NCBI GenBank assembly: GCA_963745075.1
Contig: CAVUWV010000010.1
Coordinates: forward strand, 256,001 to 320,000
Direction of reading: 5' to 3'
DNA: 64,000 nt
From: Candidatus Hydrogenedentota bacterium
Lineage (GTDB): Bacteria > Hydrogenedentota > Hydrogenedentia > Hydrogenedentales > SLHB01
Of this stretch, positions 30,774 to 41,256 are shown piece after piece; the first letter of the stretch is position 1, and the number at the start of each line of letters is the position of its first letter. The position numbers and the translations under genes were made by a program. The notes below the pieces were generated by a model. That model was not told the origin of the DNA, searched no databases, and worked only from the letters and a program-made list of their open reading frames with translations.

Positions 30774-31604
30774 ATGGCTGACCTGTTAAAAGACCAAGTG
30801 GCAATCGTAACTGGCTCGGGACGCGGCATCGGCGCGGCCACGGCACGGCTCATGGCGGCCGAAGGCGCTCGCGTTGTGGTCAGCGACCTCGATGCGGCCC
30901 CTGCAGAGACTGTGGTTGAGGAAATCAAGACGAGTGGGGGAGAGGCCATCGCCGTTCCCGGTGACGTGACGGACCCGGCATTTCCCGATGCGCTCATGAA
31001 AGCGACGGTCGATGCCTTCGGCAAAATCACCACCCTCGTGAACAACGCCGGCTACACGTGGGACGGCGTCATCCACAAGATGACCGACCCTCAGTGGGAC
31101 GCGATCCTCGACGTGCACCTCAAAGCGCCGTTTCGTATGATCCGCGCTACCGTGCCGTACATGCGCGATGCCGCCAAGGCCGAGATGGCTGCCGGTAACA
31201 AGCCCGAACCGCGCTGCATCATCAACGTGTCCTCCACGTCCGGGCTCCACGGGAATGCCGGGCAGATCAACTATGCCGCGGCCAAAATGGGCGTCGTCGG
31301 CATGACGAAGACGGTCGCCCGGGAGTGGGGCAATTTTAATATTCGCTGCAACGCGGTCGCCTTCGGCACCGTCGAAACCCGGCTCATCCAGGCGAAAGAG
31401 CAAGGCGAGACCATTACCGTACAAGGAGAAGAGGTTGCCCTCGGCATTCCGCAGCAGATGCGCGACATGCTCACCATGATGATTCCTCTGGGCCGCACCG
31501 CGACGCCCGAGGAAGGCGCCGGCGGAATCGTGCTGCTCGCTTCGCCCTACGCTTCGTACATAACGGGACATACCTTGGAAGTGACCGGAGGATACGGAAT
31601 ATAG
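30774..31604 (+). CDS. SDR family oxidoreductase (3-oxoacyl-ACP reductase-like)
   Basis: TGSGRGIG, VNNAG, NYAAAK. Confidence 0.93.
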   Translation: MADLLKDQVAIVTGSGRGIGAATARLMAAEGARVVVSDLDAAPAETVVEEIKTSGGEAIAVPGDVTDPAFPDALMKATVDAFGKITTLVNNAGYTWDGVIHKMTDPQWDAILDVHLKAPFRMIRATVPYMRDAAKAEMAAGNKPEPRCIINVSSTSGLHGNAGQINYAAAKMGVVGMTKTVAREWGNFNIRCNAVAFGTVETRLIQAKEQGETITVQGEEVALGIPQQMRDMLTMMIPLGRTATPEEGAGGIVLLASPYASYITGHTLEVTGGYGI

Positions 31605-31767
31605 GGCAGATCGCGCGCGGTGCTGCATTCGGCAGACGCGGTATCGTGCATGCATCAGACCCACGTGTGCACAAATCCGCATTTGATGGTATGCTTAAAG
31701 TGGGTGTCATCTTGGGGTTGTGCGTCGTTCGTCGGGAACGGCGTCTAAACCAAAAGAGGTGGGTGTG

Positions 31768-32205
31768 ATGGACGCGGAAAAAGTTCGGGCCGAAATTCTC
31801 AGAGTCCCGGTGATTGAATCGCTTCCGGGCGATCTCCCGGGAAAAGTCACGGACGTGATCATGGACATCGGCGATGTTCGGCACGTTCCCAAGGGGCAGG
31901 TTATGACCCGCGAGAACAAACATGGTAAGAACCGTGGCTTCGTCCTGCTCAAGGGCGTCATCGGCATTCAGAAGGCCGAAGTGCCGTTTTCGAAATGCCG
32001 CCCGCCCGAGCTCCTGGGCGAAGTCATGCAGTTCAATCCCAAAGGCATGCGGACCGCCACGCTAACCGCCCACGAGGAATGCTGGGTCATCCGGTTCCCG
32101 TGGACCGATTTCTGGAACACCCTCATGATGAACTTCAGCGAGAACGAAGTCGCCAAAGTCCGCGAAGTCCTCGAAGATCGCGCCTGGGAACATTTCACCG
32201 CTTAG
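31768..32205 (+). CDS. Stand-alone cyclic nucleotide-binding domain protein
   Basis: FVLLKG...LLGEV...RTATLTA phosphate-binding-cassette pattern. Confidence 0.75.
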   Translation: MDAEKVRAEILRVPVIESLPGDLPGKVTDVIMDIGDVRHVPKGQVMTRENKHGKNRGFVLLKGVIGIQKAEVPFSKCRPPELLGEVMQFNPKGMRTATLTAHEECWVIRFPWTDFWNTLMMNFSENEVAKVREVLEDRAWEHFTA

Positions 32206-32441
32206 GCTGTATTTCAAACTACGCCGGGGATGCTTTCGTGCGCGTGCCCGAGCGAATACCGGGTTAACACGACGTTCCGGCCGGAAGGGGCTGGGTGATC
32301 AGTCGGATCGGACCGATCGGTCCGATCGAAGCGTGGACGCCTCGGCTCTCTCTTCCTTTTTGATCCCCATCCGGTTTTCCCGCATCATACGGCTAAGGCG
32401 GGCAACGTTCGCACGGTGCCGCGCTTCAGGGGGAACAAGCA

Positions 32442-35400
32442 ATGGTTTTACGCGCGTATCATTCACTCACCGTTATTCTAATCTGTGCGGCACTTCTTGC
32501 TGCCAATGGCGTAGCCATTGCTGGACCCGACACCAGCATCGTCTTGCCGACTGGCGCGACTGCGGTTGAGCAGTTTGCCGCGCGGGAAGTGCAACGCTAC
32601 GTCTACGTCCGGACGGGTAGGTTGTTGCCCATCCAACAAACCGAAGCCGGCGTGGATGCGATCGTCATTGCGCAGAAGTCCAAGGTCCCTGAGCTGCGGG
32701 ATTCGACAGCCGATCTTGGCGATCAAGACTATCTGCTGCGCACACGCATAGATGATGGGGGTCGCCGCGTCCTTTATCTCGTAGGAGGTTCCGATGTCGC
32801 TACCCTGTACGCGGCATATCGTTTTGCGGAGCATCTTGGTATTCGCTTCTACCTGCACGGCGACGTGATTCCGGACCGGCAGATTCCCTTCAGTCTGCCG
32901 GACCTCGACGAAAAGGCTTCGCCCTTGTTCCACCTGCGCGGCATCCAACCCTTCCACGATTTCCCGGAAGGACCGGACTGGTGGAACACCGACAACTACA
33001 AAGCCATCATCGGTCAGCTCCCCAAGCTGCGGATGAACTTCATCGGGCTGCACACCTATCCCGAGAAGCGGCCGAATGCCGAGCCGACCGTCTGGATCGG
33101 AATGGAAAAAGACGTCGAACCGGAAGGGGACGTCGCGTTCAGCTATCCCGCGAGTTACTACAACACGGCCCTGGACGTGAATTGGGGATTCAAACCCAAG
33201 AAGACGAGCGATTATCTCTGCGGCGGCGCTGTTCTCTTCGACCGCGATGACTACGGCTCGGAGGTTATGCGGGATTTGACGCCCCAGCCCACCGAGGCGG
33301 CGGCGTGCAACGAGGTGTTCGACCGCACGGGCAACCTGCTCAACGAAGCGTTTTCATACGCAACCAAACTCGGCGTGAAAACCTGCGTCGGCACGGAAAC
33401 CCCGCTCGTCATCCCCGAACGCGTCCAAGATCGAATGGAAGCCGGTCAGAGCACGGAAGACCTCTACACCGGCATCTTCACCCGCATTATGAACGCCTAC
33501 CCCATCGACTACTACTGGTTCTGGACCCCCGAGGGCTGGACCTGGGAAGGCACGACCGAGGAAGATACGCAAAAGACCATCGACGACATCCTCGCCGCGA
33601 AAGCCGCTGCCGAACGCGTGGGCGCGCCGTTCCAACTCGCCACCTGCGGTTGGGTCTTGGGTCCGCAATTCGACCGCGCCTACCTCGACAAAGTGTTGCC
33701 CAAGGAATTCGCCGTGAGCTGCATCAACCGGGCCGTCGGCCACGACCCCGTGGAACCGGCCTTCGCGGAGATCACCGGCCGCGAGCAGTGGGCGATCCCT
33801 TGGCTCGAAGACGATCCCGCCATGACCTCGCCGCAACTGTGGGTCGGTCGCATGCGCCGCGACGCCCGCGACGCGCTCGAGTACGGGTGCACCGGGCTCA
33901 TGGGCATCCACTGGCGCACGCGCATCCTCGGCCCGAACGTTGCCGCCCTCGCACAAGCCGCGTGGGATCAGTCCGGCTGGTCCGACTCCCCGCCGGTGAC
34001 GGGTCCCGTCGGTGGGCGTGTCGCGCAGTTTGGTCAGGATTTCGCTGATACGGCCGACGATGCCCTGTACCGATCCGTTCGCTACGACATGTCGGCCTAC
34101 CGTGTCGTCGTGCCGAACGATACCTATACCGTGACCCTCTACTTTTGCGAACCCCACTACCGCGAAGCCGGCAAGCGCGTCTTCGGTTACAAAGTCGAGA
34201 ACACGCCGCCCGTCGAGCATCTCGATGTGCTGGCGGCCGTGGGACCCGATCGCGCGCTGGTCAAGATCATCGACAACGTGACCGTTGACGACGGCGTGCT
34301 CGACATCGACTTCATCAAGGAAATGGAATTCCCCTGCATCGCCGCGATTGCCGTGGAAGGGGAGAACTTCGCCCAACGCATCAACTGCGGCGGCGGCGCG
34401 TATCACGACTTCATCGCCGATCCCGCTCCGGTATCCGTCAACCCCAAGTCCGACGATTTCTACCTGGACTGGGCCACCCACGAGTTCGGCCCCGAAATCG
34501 GCGAAGACGCGGCGCGAATTTTCAGTCGCATCGACGACAACCTGCCCCGTCCCTCCAACTGGATCGGCGGCCCGGGCGGTTATACCTCCGACGATCAACC
34601 CTGGGACAAGGTGAAAGAAGACTACGCCTTCGTCGACGAACTTGCCGCCCTACGCGACCGCATCACCACGCCCGGCAATCTCGCCCGGTTCGACTACTGG
34701 CTGAACAATCTCGAATACCTGCGCGCCACCGCCAAAGTTCGCTGTGCCTGGGGCGCCTTCAACGTCGCCATGAAATCCGTCGAGGAAAAAGCAATGTAAC
34801 GGCAAGTCACATTTCGCCTCAGCAGGACGACATCCAGTTCGCAACCCAACATCCCCCTCGACACTTCGTGTCTGCCCCCTTCAAAGGGGGAATTCCTCGC
34901 GTCCGCTTCGCGGCGCGGAATGGAACCGGAGGTGAGCTTCTATTTATCCCAGGTGGCGTAGAAGCACAGTTGGACGGCGAAACAATTCCCCCTTTGAAGG
35001 GGGATCAAGGGGGATGTTCTTCCTATATTGCGATGTTCGATCAACAACGACATTCTCCCCGGACATGCGTCACCGCATCGAGTTCACCAGCAACCGTACA
35101 AAGCGCCATCGACCCGGACGTACGCGGGGGTATTACTCCCCCTTTGAAGGGGGATCAAGGGGGATGTTCTTCCTACATCGTGATGTTCGATCGACAACAA
35201 CATTCTCAGCGCATACGCGTAACTGCATCGAGCCCAACAAAAGCCGAACTCGCCCGCAAAACGGCGTTGCCCCGATGGAACGACCTACTCGACAGCGTCC
35301 GCGAAATGTACGGCTACCTCCTCGCCACCGTCAACACCACCGGCGCCATGGGCACCGTCTGCAACTGGGAACAACACACCTTCCCCGCACTCCTCGACGA

Positions 35401-35791
35401 ATCCGCCGCTAAACTCACCGAAGCCCCTCGGCGAACCCGTCTCCGCCGCCAAAGCCTCGGCCAGACCTACGATGCCGAACCCCGTATCATCGTCCCCGCT
35501 ATCCGCACCGCCATCTCGCCCGGCGAAGATTTGGTTGTCCCCATCATCATGCTTGACAGCGACCCGCCTCAAGAAGTCCTCGTCCACTTCCGCCCCCTCG
35601 GCACCAAGAAGTACACGACCGAACCCGCCGACCCCGTCGGGCGCAACACGTATCAGGCCACCATCCCCGCCGGGGACCTCCCGGCCCCCGGCCTCGAATA
35701 CCACCTCGAAGCCGAGACGGACACGCGAGGGACAATCCAGTGGCCCGCAGGCGTGGGAATGATTGACCAAACCGTGATTCAGGGACCGTGA
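32442..35791 (+). pseudogene. Large secreted glycoside hydrolase-like protein with a malectin-like domain, interrupted by a 452-bp repeat insertion
   Basis: GH20/GH67-like N-domain, RGIQPFHDFPEGPDWW core, malectin-like FCEP...GKRVF; stop at 34799, and protein-like sequence resumes at about 35240 (KAELARKTALP...). Confidence 0.75.
34848..35238. repeat. REPIN-like element family A, copy 2, with an extra tandem 150-bp unit
   Basis: Left arm 34848-34891 carrying an inserted gacac-ttc-gtgtc hairpin; right arms at 34987 and 35137 followed by homologous diverged sequence. Confidence 0.9.
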
Positions 35792-35792
35792 A

Positions 35793-36377
35793 TTATTTGG
35801 TGGCCTTGACCAGATCCCGAGACTCTTTCTGGATTGTATGCGAAAAATTTAGAGTATCGTGCATGCTCACAAATTCTTCTATGTTACGATGCAGATCCTG
35901 ATCGCCGTGATTCGCGGCCTTCGTGTTCGTAATAATCTCCCGCACAACTTCGCGCATTTCGTGGCACACTTTTGCCATCATTTCCAAATCGGGAAAGACC
36001 ACCCGTTCCGTCGTGTTGAACTCGTTGTGGACCATATATTTGTCTCTAGCGGTTTTTACTTCTTTCCAAAACGCGTCGTATTTTGCAGCACTCAGTCCCG
36101 CACTATTGTGCAACCTTTGCCGGGCACACGCCTCTGTAACACCTGCTAGGGATCCGGCAAGAAAAAGTCTCGTGTAGTGACTGGGTTCTCGCTTTCCACC
36201 AAAAACTTTACACCAATATATAACGCATAATTCTCCATAACTGTTTTGAGTAAACTTCCAAACCGACTTTTTGGCACCAGATACTACATCAAAGTAGTGG
36301 GCCAAACGGACGCACCGCTGACACAAAACGTCAATGTTCCACAATAGTAATAGCTGGTCATGGGTAAGTTGTGTCAT
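35793..36377 (-). CDS. Hypothetical protein with a HEPN-like R-x5-H motif
   Basis: AT-rich, all-helical-looking 194-aa ORF with RDKYMVH and WCKVFG; GGAGG RBS. Confidence 0.65.
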   Translation of the reverse strand: MTQLTHDQLLLLWNIDVLCQRCVRLAHYFDVVSGAKKSVWKFTQNSYGELCVIYWCKVFGGKREPSHYTRLFLAGSLAGVTEACARQRLHNSAGLSAAKYDAFWKEVKTARDKYMVHNEFNTTERVVFPDLEMMAKVCHEMREVVREIITNTKAANHGDQDLHRNIEEFVSMHDTLNFSHTIQKESRDLVKATK

Positions 36378-36741
36378 GCGAACCCTCCGCGTAACTCCTG
36401 CCTCGCAGGTCTATTCAATGGTTCCACAAGCGACGAACATGGCTTGGCACCTTACAAGCGATCCGCTCAGTTTTGATGACAACTGCGGTCGACCAAAACT
36501 GACTCAAATCACCGCATGAATTTCCATACCTCAACTTCCTGCGGTTCCTGATTTCCTCCTTCGATCATTTTCCCAGCGAGAATTCTCGAAACTGGTGAGT
36601 GCACTGCGCTAGAATGCGGTATCACTATTTTTTTGAAACGGCGATCTTCCTTCCTCGCAATACGCGGTCTAATTCCCTATCCATTCTTCTGGAGCTAGCT
36701 GGGACACGTCTCCGACCTCGGTTTGGCAACTCGGGAGCAGG

Positions 36742-39700
36742 CTACGGGAAAGTACCAATGCGTTCTTTGTCCTCCGGCACATCCAGAAATTTGGGAACAC
36801 TGAGGGTTCTAAGTGGTGGCGCTTCATACGTTCGGCTAAACTGGGTTGCGACCGTGTTTGTGTTACCTGCTGTGTCTTGCGCCAGATCTCCCGCCATATC
36901 TGCCGTCACCAAGCCGTTCCCTGCCGGTGTAAGGTCAAAAGAGTAGCTTGCACCGTTGCCAGCGAATCCTCCAACCGCCCCATTGCCGGCAGTGATATCG
37001 CCCGCTTCGAATCCCGTCACCGGTTCGCTGAACGTCACGGTGACATGAATCGGCCTTGAGTTTGTCGGGTCCGGGGACGTAGAACTCATGGTTACCGTGG
37101 GCGGCGTGTTGTCCACATTGAACGTCTCGCTTGGTCCTGCAGGATCGGCCTCGTTCCCAGCTGAGTCAGATGCTGTTCCCGCGCCAGTGCTGAACCCCAA
37201 TGTTCCGTCTCCCGTTATATCGGAGACGGTCACGTAACGTGACACATCGCCCGTCCCCGACACCGTTACCGTCCCGTTAGCCGTCCCCGTTTTGTTCAAT
37301 GTGACCTCCGAGGATACGAGCGTCACAGTGTTCGCGTCGATATAAGTGACCTCATACTCCACAGGGCCCGTGTTTGCCACGACAACCGATGGCGGTCCAA
37401 TGCTGACCCCCGGCGGGGTGGTATCATACGCCCGGCCGAACTGGATTCCGGCCGTGTTCGCGTTGCCTGCTTCGTCTTGCGCCACACCTCCCGCGATATC
37501 TGCCGCGACCAAGCCCTCACCCACCGGCGTCAAGTCGAAGGAATAGTACCTACCAGTACCAGCGAAATTCCCAATGATTCCGTTGTCGGGTGTGATGTCC
37601 GATGCATCAAAGCCAAACACCGGCTCGCTGAACGCTACGGTGACGGCGATCGGGGATACGTTCGTCGGATTAGATTCAGTTGAATCTATCGATACAGTTG
37701 GAGCCGTGGTATCCACCGTGATCGCAAAAGCCGCGGAAGCGGACCAGTTGGTCGCAGCGTCTTGTTCCTGCACATAGAGGGTGTGGCTGCCTTCCGTTAG
37801 CGGTACAATCGACGTGTATGAGAGGCTGGTCGTCTGTGTCCAGGTTCCGGCTTGGCTATCCAACTGATACCGGAATGTGCCGCTGCCACCACCTCCCCCT
37901 GACGCCCACGACCACGTAGGCGTCGGCTCGTTGGTGGGAGTTGGTCCCGTCATGTTTGGAGCATTAGGAGCCGTGGTATCCAGCACGATGGTTATCGTCG
38001 CCGCATTACCCTCAACCACGCCATTATATGCGCTGACGGCAAATGTGTTCATCCCGCTGGCAAGAGCGCCGCCGGTATAAGACCAAGTATTCTCTCCGCG
38101 AGTATAGTTCACGCCGCTGGAACCGCCATTGACATGGATGGCGAACGAGGATGGGTCGCAGGTTCCCGATAGGACCACAGGCGCAGGGTCATTTGTCGCG
38201 TAACTAACGCCGCCATGCGGAGATAGGATCACTGGCACCGGCAGGTTTACGGCAAACATTTGGATGCGAGAGTTTCCAGAATCCGTCACGTAGACGATTC
38301 CCTTACTGTTCACGGCCACTCCACTTGGCCAATAGAATTGGCCGTTGCCAGGCCCTTTGGCACCCCATTCCGTGATGGCTGTGCCTGCGGGTGTGAGTTT
38401 TTCGATACGGTTGTTGCCGAGGTCCGCGACATAGACGTTACCGACACTGTCTACAGCCACATTCCACGACGGCGGGTCAACCGCGCTGCCTGGGTACGTT
38501 GCATATGTGCCCCATTGCGTAATATATGTACCGTCGGGCGTGAACTTCTGGACGCGATGATTAAGGGTGTCCGCGACGTAGACGTTATTCGAATTGTCCA
38601 CTGCCACGCCCCGGGGAGAGCGGAATTGACCATTGCTACTTCCAGACGCACCCCATTGCGTTATATATATGCCGTCGGACGTGAACTTCTGGACGCGATG
38701 ATTGTTGGTGTCCGTGACGTAGACGTTACCTAAACTGTCCACCGCTACGCCGGAGGGAGAATTGAATTGCCCATTACTGAAACCAGCAGTACCCCATTTT
38801 GTTATATAGTTACCTGTTTGTGTGAATTTTTGAATGCGATAGTTCTTCGCGTCGGAAACGTAAACGTTGTTCAGACTGTCCACAGCCACACTCACGGGAA
38901 AGTCGAATTGACCGTTGTTGGTCCCTGACGTGCCCCATTGCATTACATATGTGCCGTTAGGATCGAACTTCTGGATGCGGTCATTGCGGGTGTCCGCAAC
39001 GTACACGTTATCCGAGTAGTCAATGGTGATGGCGTGTGCGTTGTTGAATTGTCCATTGCCACTGCCTTGATGATTTCCTCCCCATTGATCTCGATAGCCT
39101 CCAGCGGGATCAAGTTTTAGGACGCGGTAATGGGCGTCATCCGTGACGAGCACGTTGTCTAGCGCATCAACCGCTATACCGCTGGTCCAGGCGAATTGTA
39201 GATTACCTGTTGCCGTACCGCTCCATTCCAGCAGTAACGTACCGTCAGGTGTAAACTTATGGATGAGGCGATTGTTCCCCTGTGAAACATAGACGTTTCC
39301 CGAACTGTCTACCGCCACGTCATAGGGAACACCAAATGGCGCACCGCTGACTCCCGGCGTACTCCATTGCGTTATGTAACCACCCGTTGAAGTAAACTTC
39401 TGAACACGGTTGTTGCCGTCGTCTGTGACGTAGACGTTGCCTGAACTGTCCACCGCCACACCCATAGGATAGTCGAATTGCCCGTCATCGCTTCCGTGAA
39501 TACCCCACTGGGTCATATATGTTCCACCTGACGTGAATTTTTGGATACGATGATTATAGGTATCTGCGACATAGACATTATTCGAAATATCTATAGCTAT
39601 GCCGTGGACATAATCGAACTGCCCATCGAGGTTCCCTCGCGTCCCCCATTGTGTGACGTACGTGCCACTGCCGTCAAACTTCTGAATACGATGATTGTAA

Positions 39701-40041
39701 GTGTCTGCAACATAAACGTTTCCCGAACTGTCCACCGCCACGCCCATGCCGCCGATTTCCCAGCACATGAGGCAGTTTCCACCGGCATCCACTTTCTGAA
39801 TCCAACCGCGGCTGTTTTCCAGTATGTAAACGTGGCCGGACGAGTGGTCAAAGGCTACATCAGACGGATGTACCAAGGACATTCCGCTTGGCCAGTGGTG
39901 TATGTAGGAGTATGCTTGTCCTCTTACTGGACTTGCCGCTATAACTTCCAAAAGGACAATCACCGAAAGTAGGACCAACTCACCCCTCGCAGCTTTCAGA
40001 TCCCAACGTTGAAATCGCGCGCATGTCTTCAAATTTCCCAT
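36742..40041 (-). CDS. NHL-repeat beta-propeller surface protein with Ig-like domains
   Basis: About 12 GVAVDSSGNVYVADTxNHRIQKF repeats; DTTAP-delimited Ig-like repeats (VTFSEPVTGF). Confidence 0.93.
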   Translation of the reverse strand: MGNLKTCARFQRWDLKAARGELVLLSVIVLLEVIAASPVRGQAYSYIHHWPSGMSLVHPSDVAFDHSSGHVYILENSRGWIQKVDAGGNCLMCWEIGGMGVAVDSSGNVYVADTYNHRIQKFDGSGTYVTQWGTRGNLDGQFDYVHGIAIDISNNVYVADTYNHRIQKFTSGGTYMTQWGIHGSDDGQFDYPMGVAVDSSGNVYVTDDGNNRVQKFTSTGGYITQWSTPGVSGAPFGVPYDVAVDSSGNVYVSQGNNRLIHKFTPDGTLLLEWSGTATGNLQFAWTSGIAVDALDNVLVTDDAHYRVLKLDPAGGYRDQWGGNHQGSGNGQFNNAHAITIDYSDNVYVADTRNDRIQKFDPNGTYVMQWGTSGTNNGQFDFPVSVAVDSLNNVYVSDAKNYRIQKFTQTGNYITKWGTAGFSNGQFNSPSGVAVDSLGNVYVTDTNNHRVQKFTSDGIYITQWGASGSSNGQFRSPRGVAVDNSNNVYVADTLNHRVQKFTPDGTYITQWGTYATYPGSAVDPPSWNVAVDSVGNVYVADLGNNRIEKLTPAGTAITEWGAKGPGNGQFYWPSGVAVNSKGIVYVTDSGNSRIQMFAVNLPVPVILSPHGGVSYATNDPAPVVLSGTCDPSSFAIHVNGGSSGVNYTRGENTWSYTGGALASGMNTFAVSAYNGVVEGNAATITIVLDTTAPNAPNMTGPTPTNEPTPTWSWASGGGGGSGTFRYQLDSQAGTWTQTTSLSYTSIVPLTEGSHTLYVQEQDAATNWSASAAFAITVDTTAPTVSIDSTESNPTNVSPIAVTVAFSEPVFGFDASDITPDNGIIGNFAGTGRYYSFDLTPVGEGLVAADIAGGVAQDEAGNANTAGIQFGRAYDTTPPGVSIGPPSVVVANTGPVEYEVTYIDANTVTLVSSEVTLNKTGTANGTVTVSGTGDVSRYVTVSDITGDGTLGFSTGAGTASDSAGNEADPAGPSETFNVDNTPPTVTMSSTSPDPTNSRPIHVTVTFSEPVTGFEAGDITAGNGAVGGFAGNGASYSFDLTPAGNGLVTADMAGDLAQDTAGNTNTVATQFSRTYEAPPLRTLSVPKFLDVPEDKERIGTFP

Positions 40042-40058
40042 GTATTGGCCGCTCCCCC

Positions 40059-40170
40059 TTATGCCGGACCTTGCACGTAGCCACTCGAGTCCACCGTTAC
40101 GGAGGCATCTCTTTCGACGTTGGAGTCGCCCACCTGCCTTGCCCAGACATAGTCACCTTCAACGGCGTGC
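40059..40170 (-). pseudogene. Remnant of an SBBP/beta-propeller repeat gene
   Basis: Translates as EGDYVWARQVGDSNVERDASVTVDSSGYV, resembling one SBBP blade, with no credible start. Confidence 0.45.
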
Positions 40171-40422
40171 GTTCCTGCCGCGCTCGGCGAGCGCACGAGT
40201 ACTTGTTTGACGCTTTGTCCCCATCCCCGCGCGGGGGAAATCGGGGGGAAATCAGGAACAGACCACGAAATTGCGCCTTCTTCGCCGCTCCTGTTGCCCG
40301 TTTCCGGCTTGCCGCTGCGTGCGGTCAACCCCATCGGCGTCATCCTCCGCGCACAGCGACTCCACCCAATTCCACTCAACGCTGGGCAGGTGGAGACACC
40401 TTTTATAGTTATAGTGCTGATA

Positions 40423-40887
40423 TTAATCGCTATTGTCAGTACTTTGATGCGAAAGTACAAGTTCGATATCACGTTGAAAGTAGAATCCAGCCGGGCAACT
40501 ACGCTCAATGATGCCTTCCTGTATGGCTATGCCAAAATGGGCGTGAGCACGTTCGAAACCGGGTACGTGCAGCCGTTGTATTAACACGAGAATCTCGTCT
40601 TTCGGCAACATAGCGTCCGCGATTAAAGATAGAAGGAGCACCAGTCCGTCTGGACCCAGGCAGCGGTCAAGTGCAAGGTCCTGAAGGGATAAACCCTCTT
40701 CACGCAGTTGCATCTTGTTGTATTGACACGATTCAAAAGGGCTTGCCGGCTTGTGGTGAACTAGGCGCAGTCCCTTGCCTTTTCGGATGCTGCCTTCCTT
40801 CCACATAGTCCATTCCACCCATCCATCCTTGGCGCGCTGGATTAGGTCGCCGCAAGAGTCACATGTCCAACTTCCCCGCGCGTTCAT
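40423..40887 (-). CDS. Hypothetical protein with an N-terminal CxxC (possible Zn-binding)
   Basis: WTCDSCG...HH...C; GGAGG RBS. Confidence 0.75.
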   Translation of the reverse strand: MNARGSWTCDSCGDLIQRAKDGWVEWTMWKEGSIRKGKGLRLVHHKPASPFESCQYNKMQLREEGLSLQDLALDRCLGPDGLVLLLSLIADAMLPKDEILVLIQRLHVPGFERAHAHFGIAIQEGIIERSCPAGFYFQRDIELVLSHQSTDNSD

Positions 40888-41256
40888 TGCTATCTCCCTC
40901 CAGTTATGCTTTGGACTGCGAGAATCTTCCGGAGAAGATCAGGGAAAACGAAATCCGGTCCTTTCCGCGGTTCTCGTTGCCCACGTTTGGCGAGGTGCGG
41001 AGGTCGGCCAGGTAGCTTCTCCGACGGGTCCACAAACCACGCGCGCGGCGCGGGGCCATCGGTTTGTTTGGTGTTGATTTGACAACGGATGCGGCCTGAC
41101 AACATCGATCATCCTTCGTGCGAAACCACTCCGCCCCGTTCTCCAAAACACCGGGCGGGCGGAAACTCCTTTTATAGTACCACGCCGCCGGCGTGGCTGG
41201 AACGTGCAAGCTGATTTCGGATTGCGGATTGGGCGGGCCAGAGAAATGTAGAGTCC

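Noticed and set aside
34987..35238. CRISPR array
   Set aside because: Only two direct repeats 150 bp apart, the intervening sequences are homologous to each other, and there are no cas genes.
34868..35240. N-terminal part of the 307-aa ORF (PPLKGDQGGCSS repeats)
   Set aside because: Translation of repeat arms; the same peptide appears in spurious ORFs at 1569-1826 and 1775-1969.
34793..35244. Group I or group II intron
   Set aside because: The boundary nucleotides do not fit, no recognisable catalytic core or domain V is present, and the content is explained by REPIN repeats.
36378..36540. Integron attC / cassette boundary (GTTACGC before the HEPN-like gene)
   Set aside because: No matching RYYYAAC inverse core or attC-like fold upstream, and no integrase.
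38260..39850. DNA-level periodic repeats in the NHL gene as a diversity-generating or non-coding array
   Set aside because: Explained by approximately 47-codon NHL protein repeats; no reverse transcriptase or TR/VR pair is seen.
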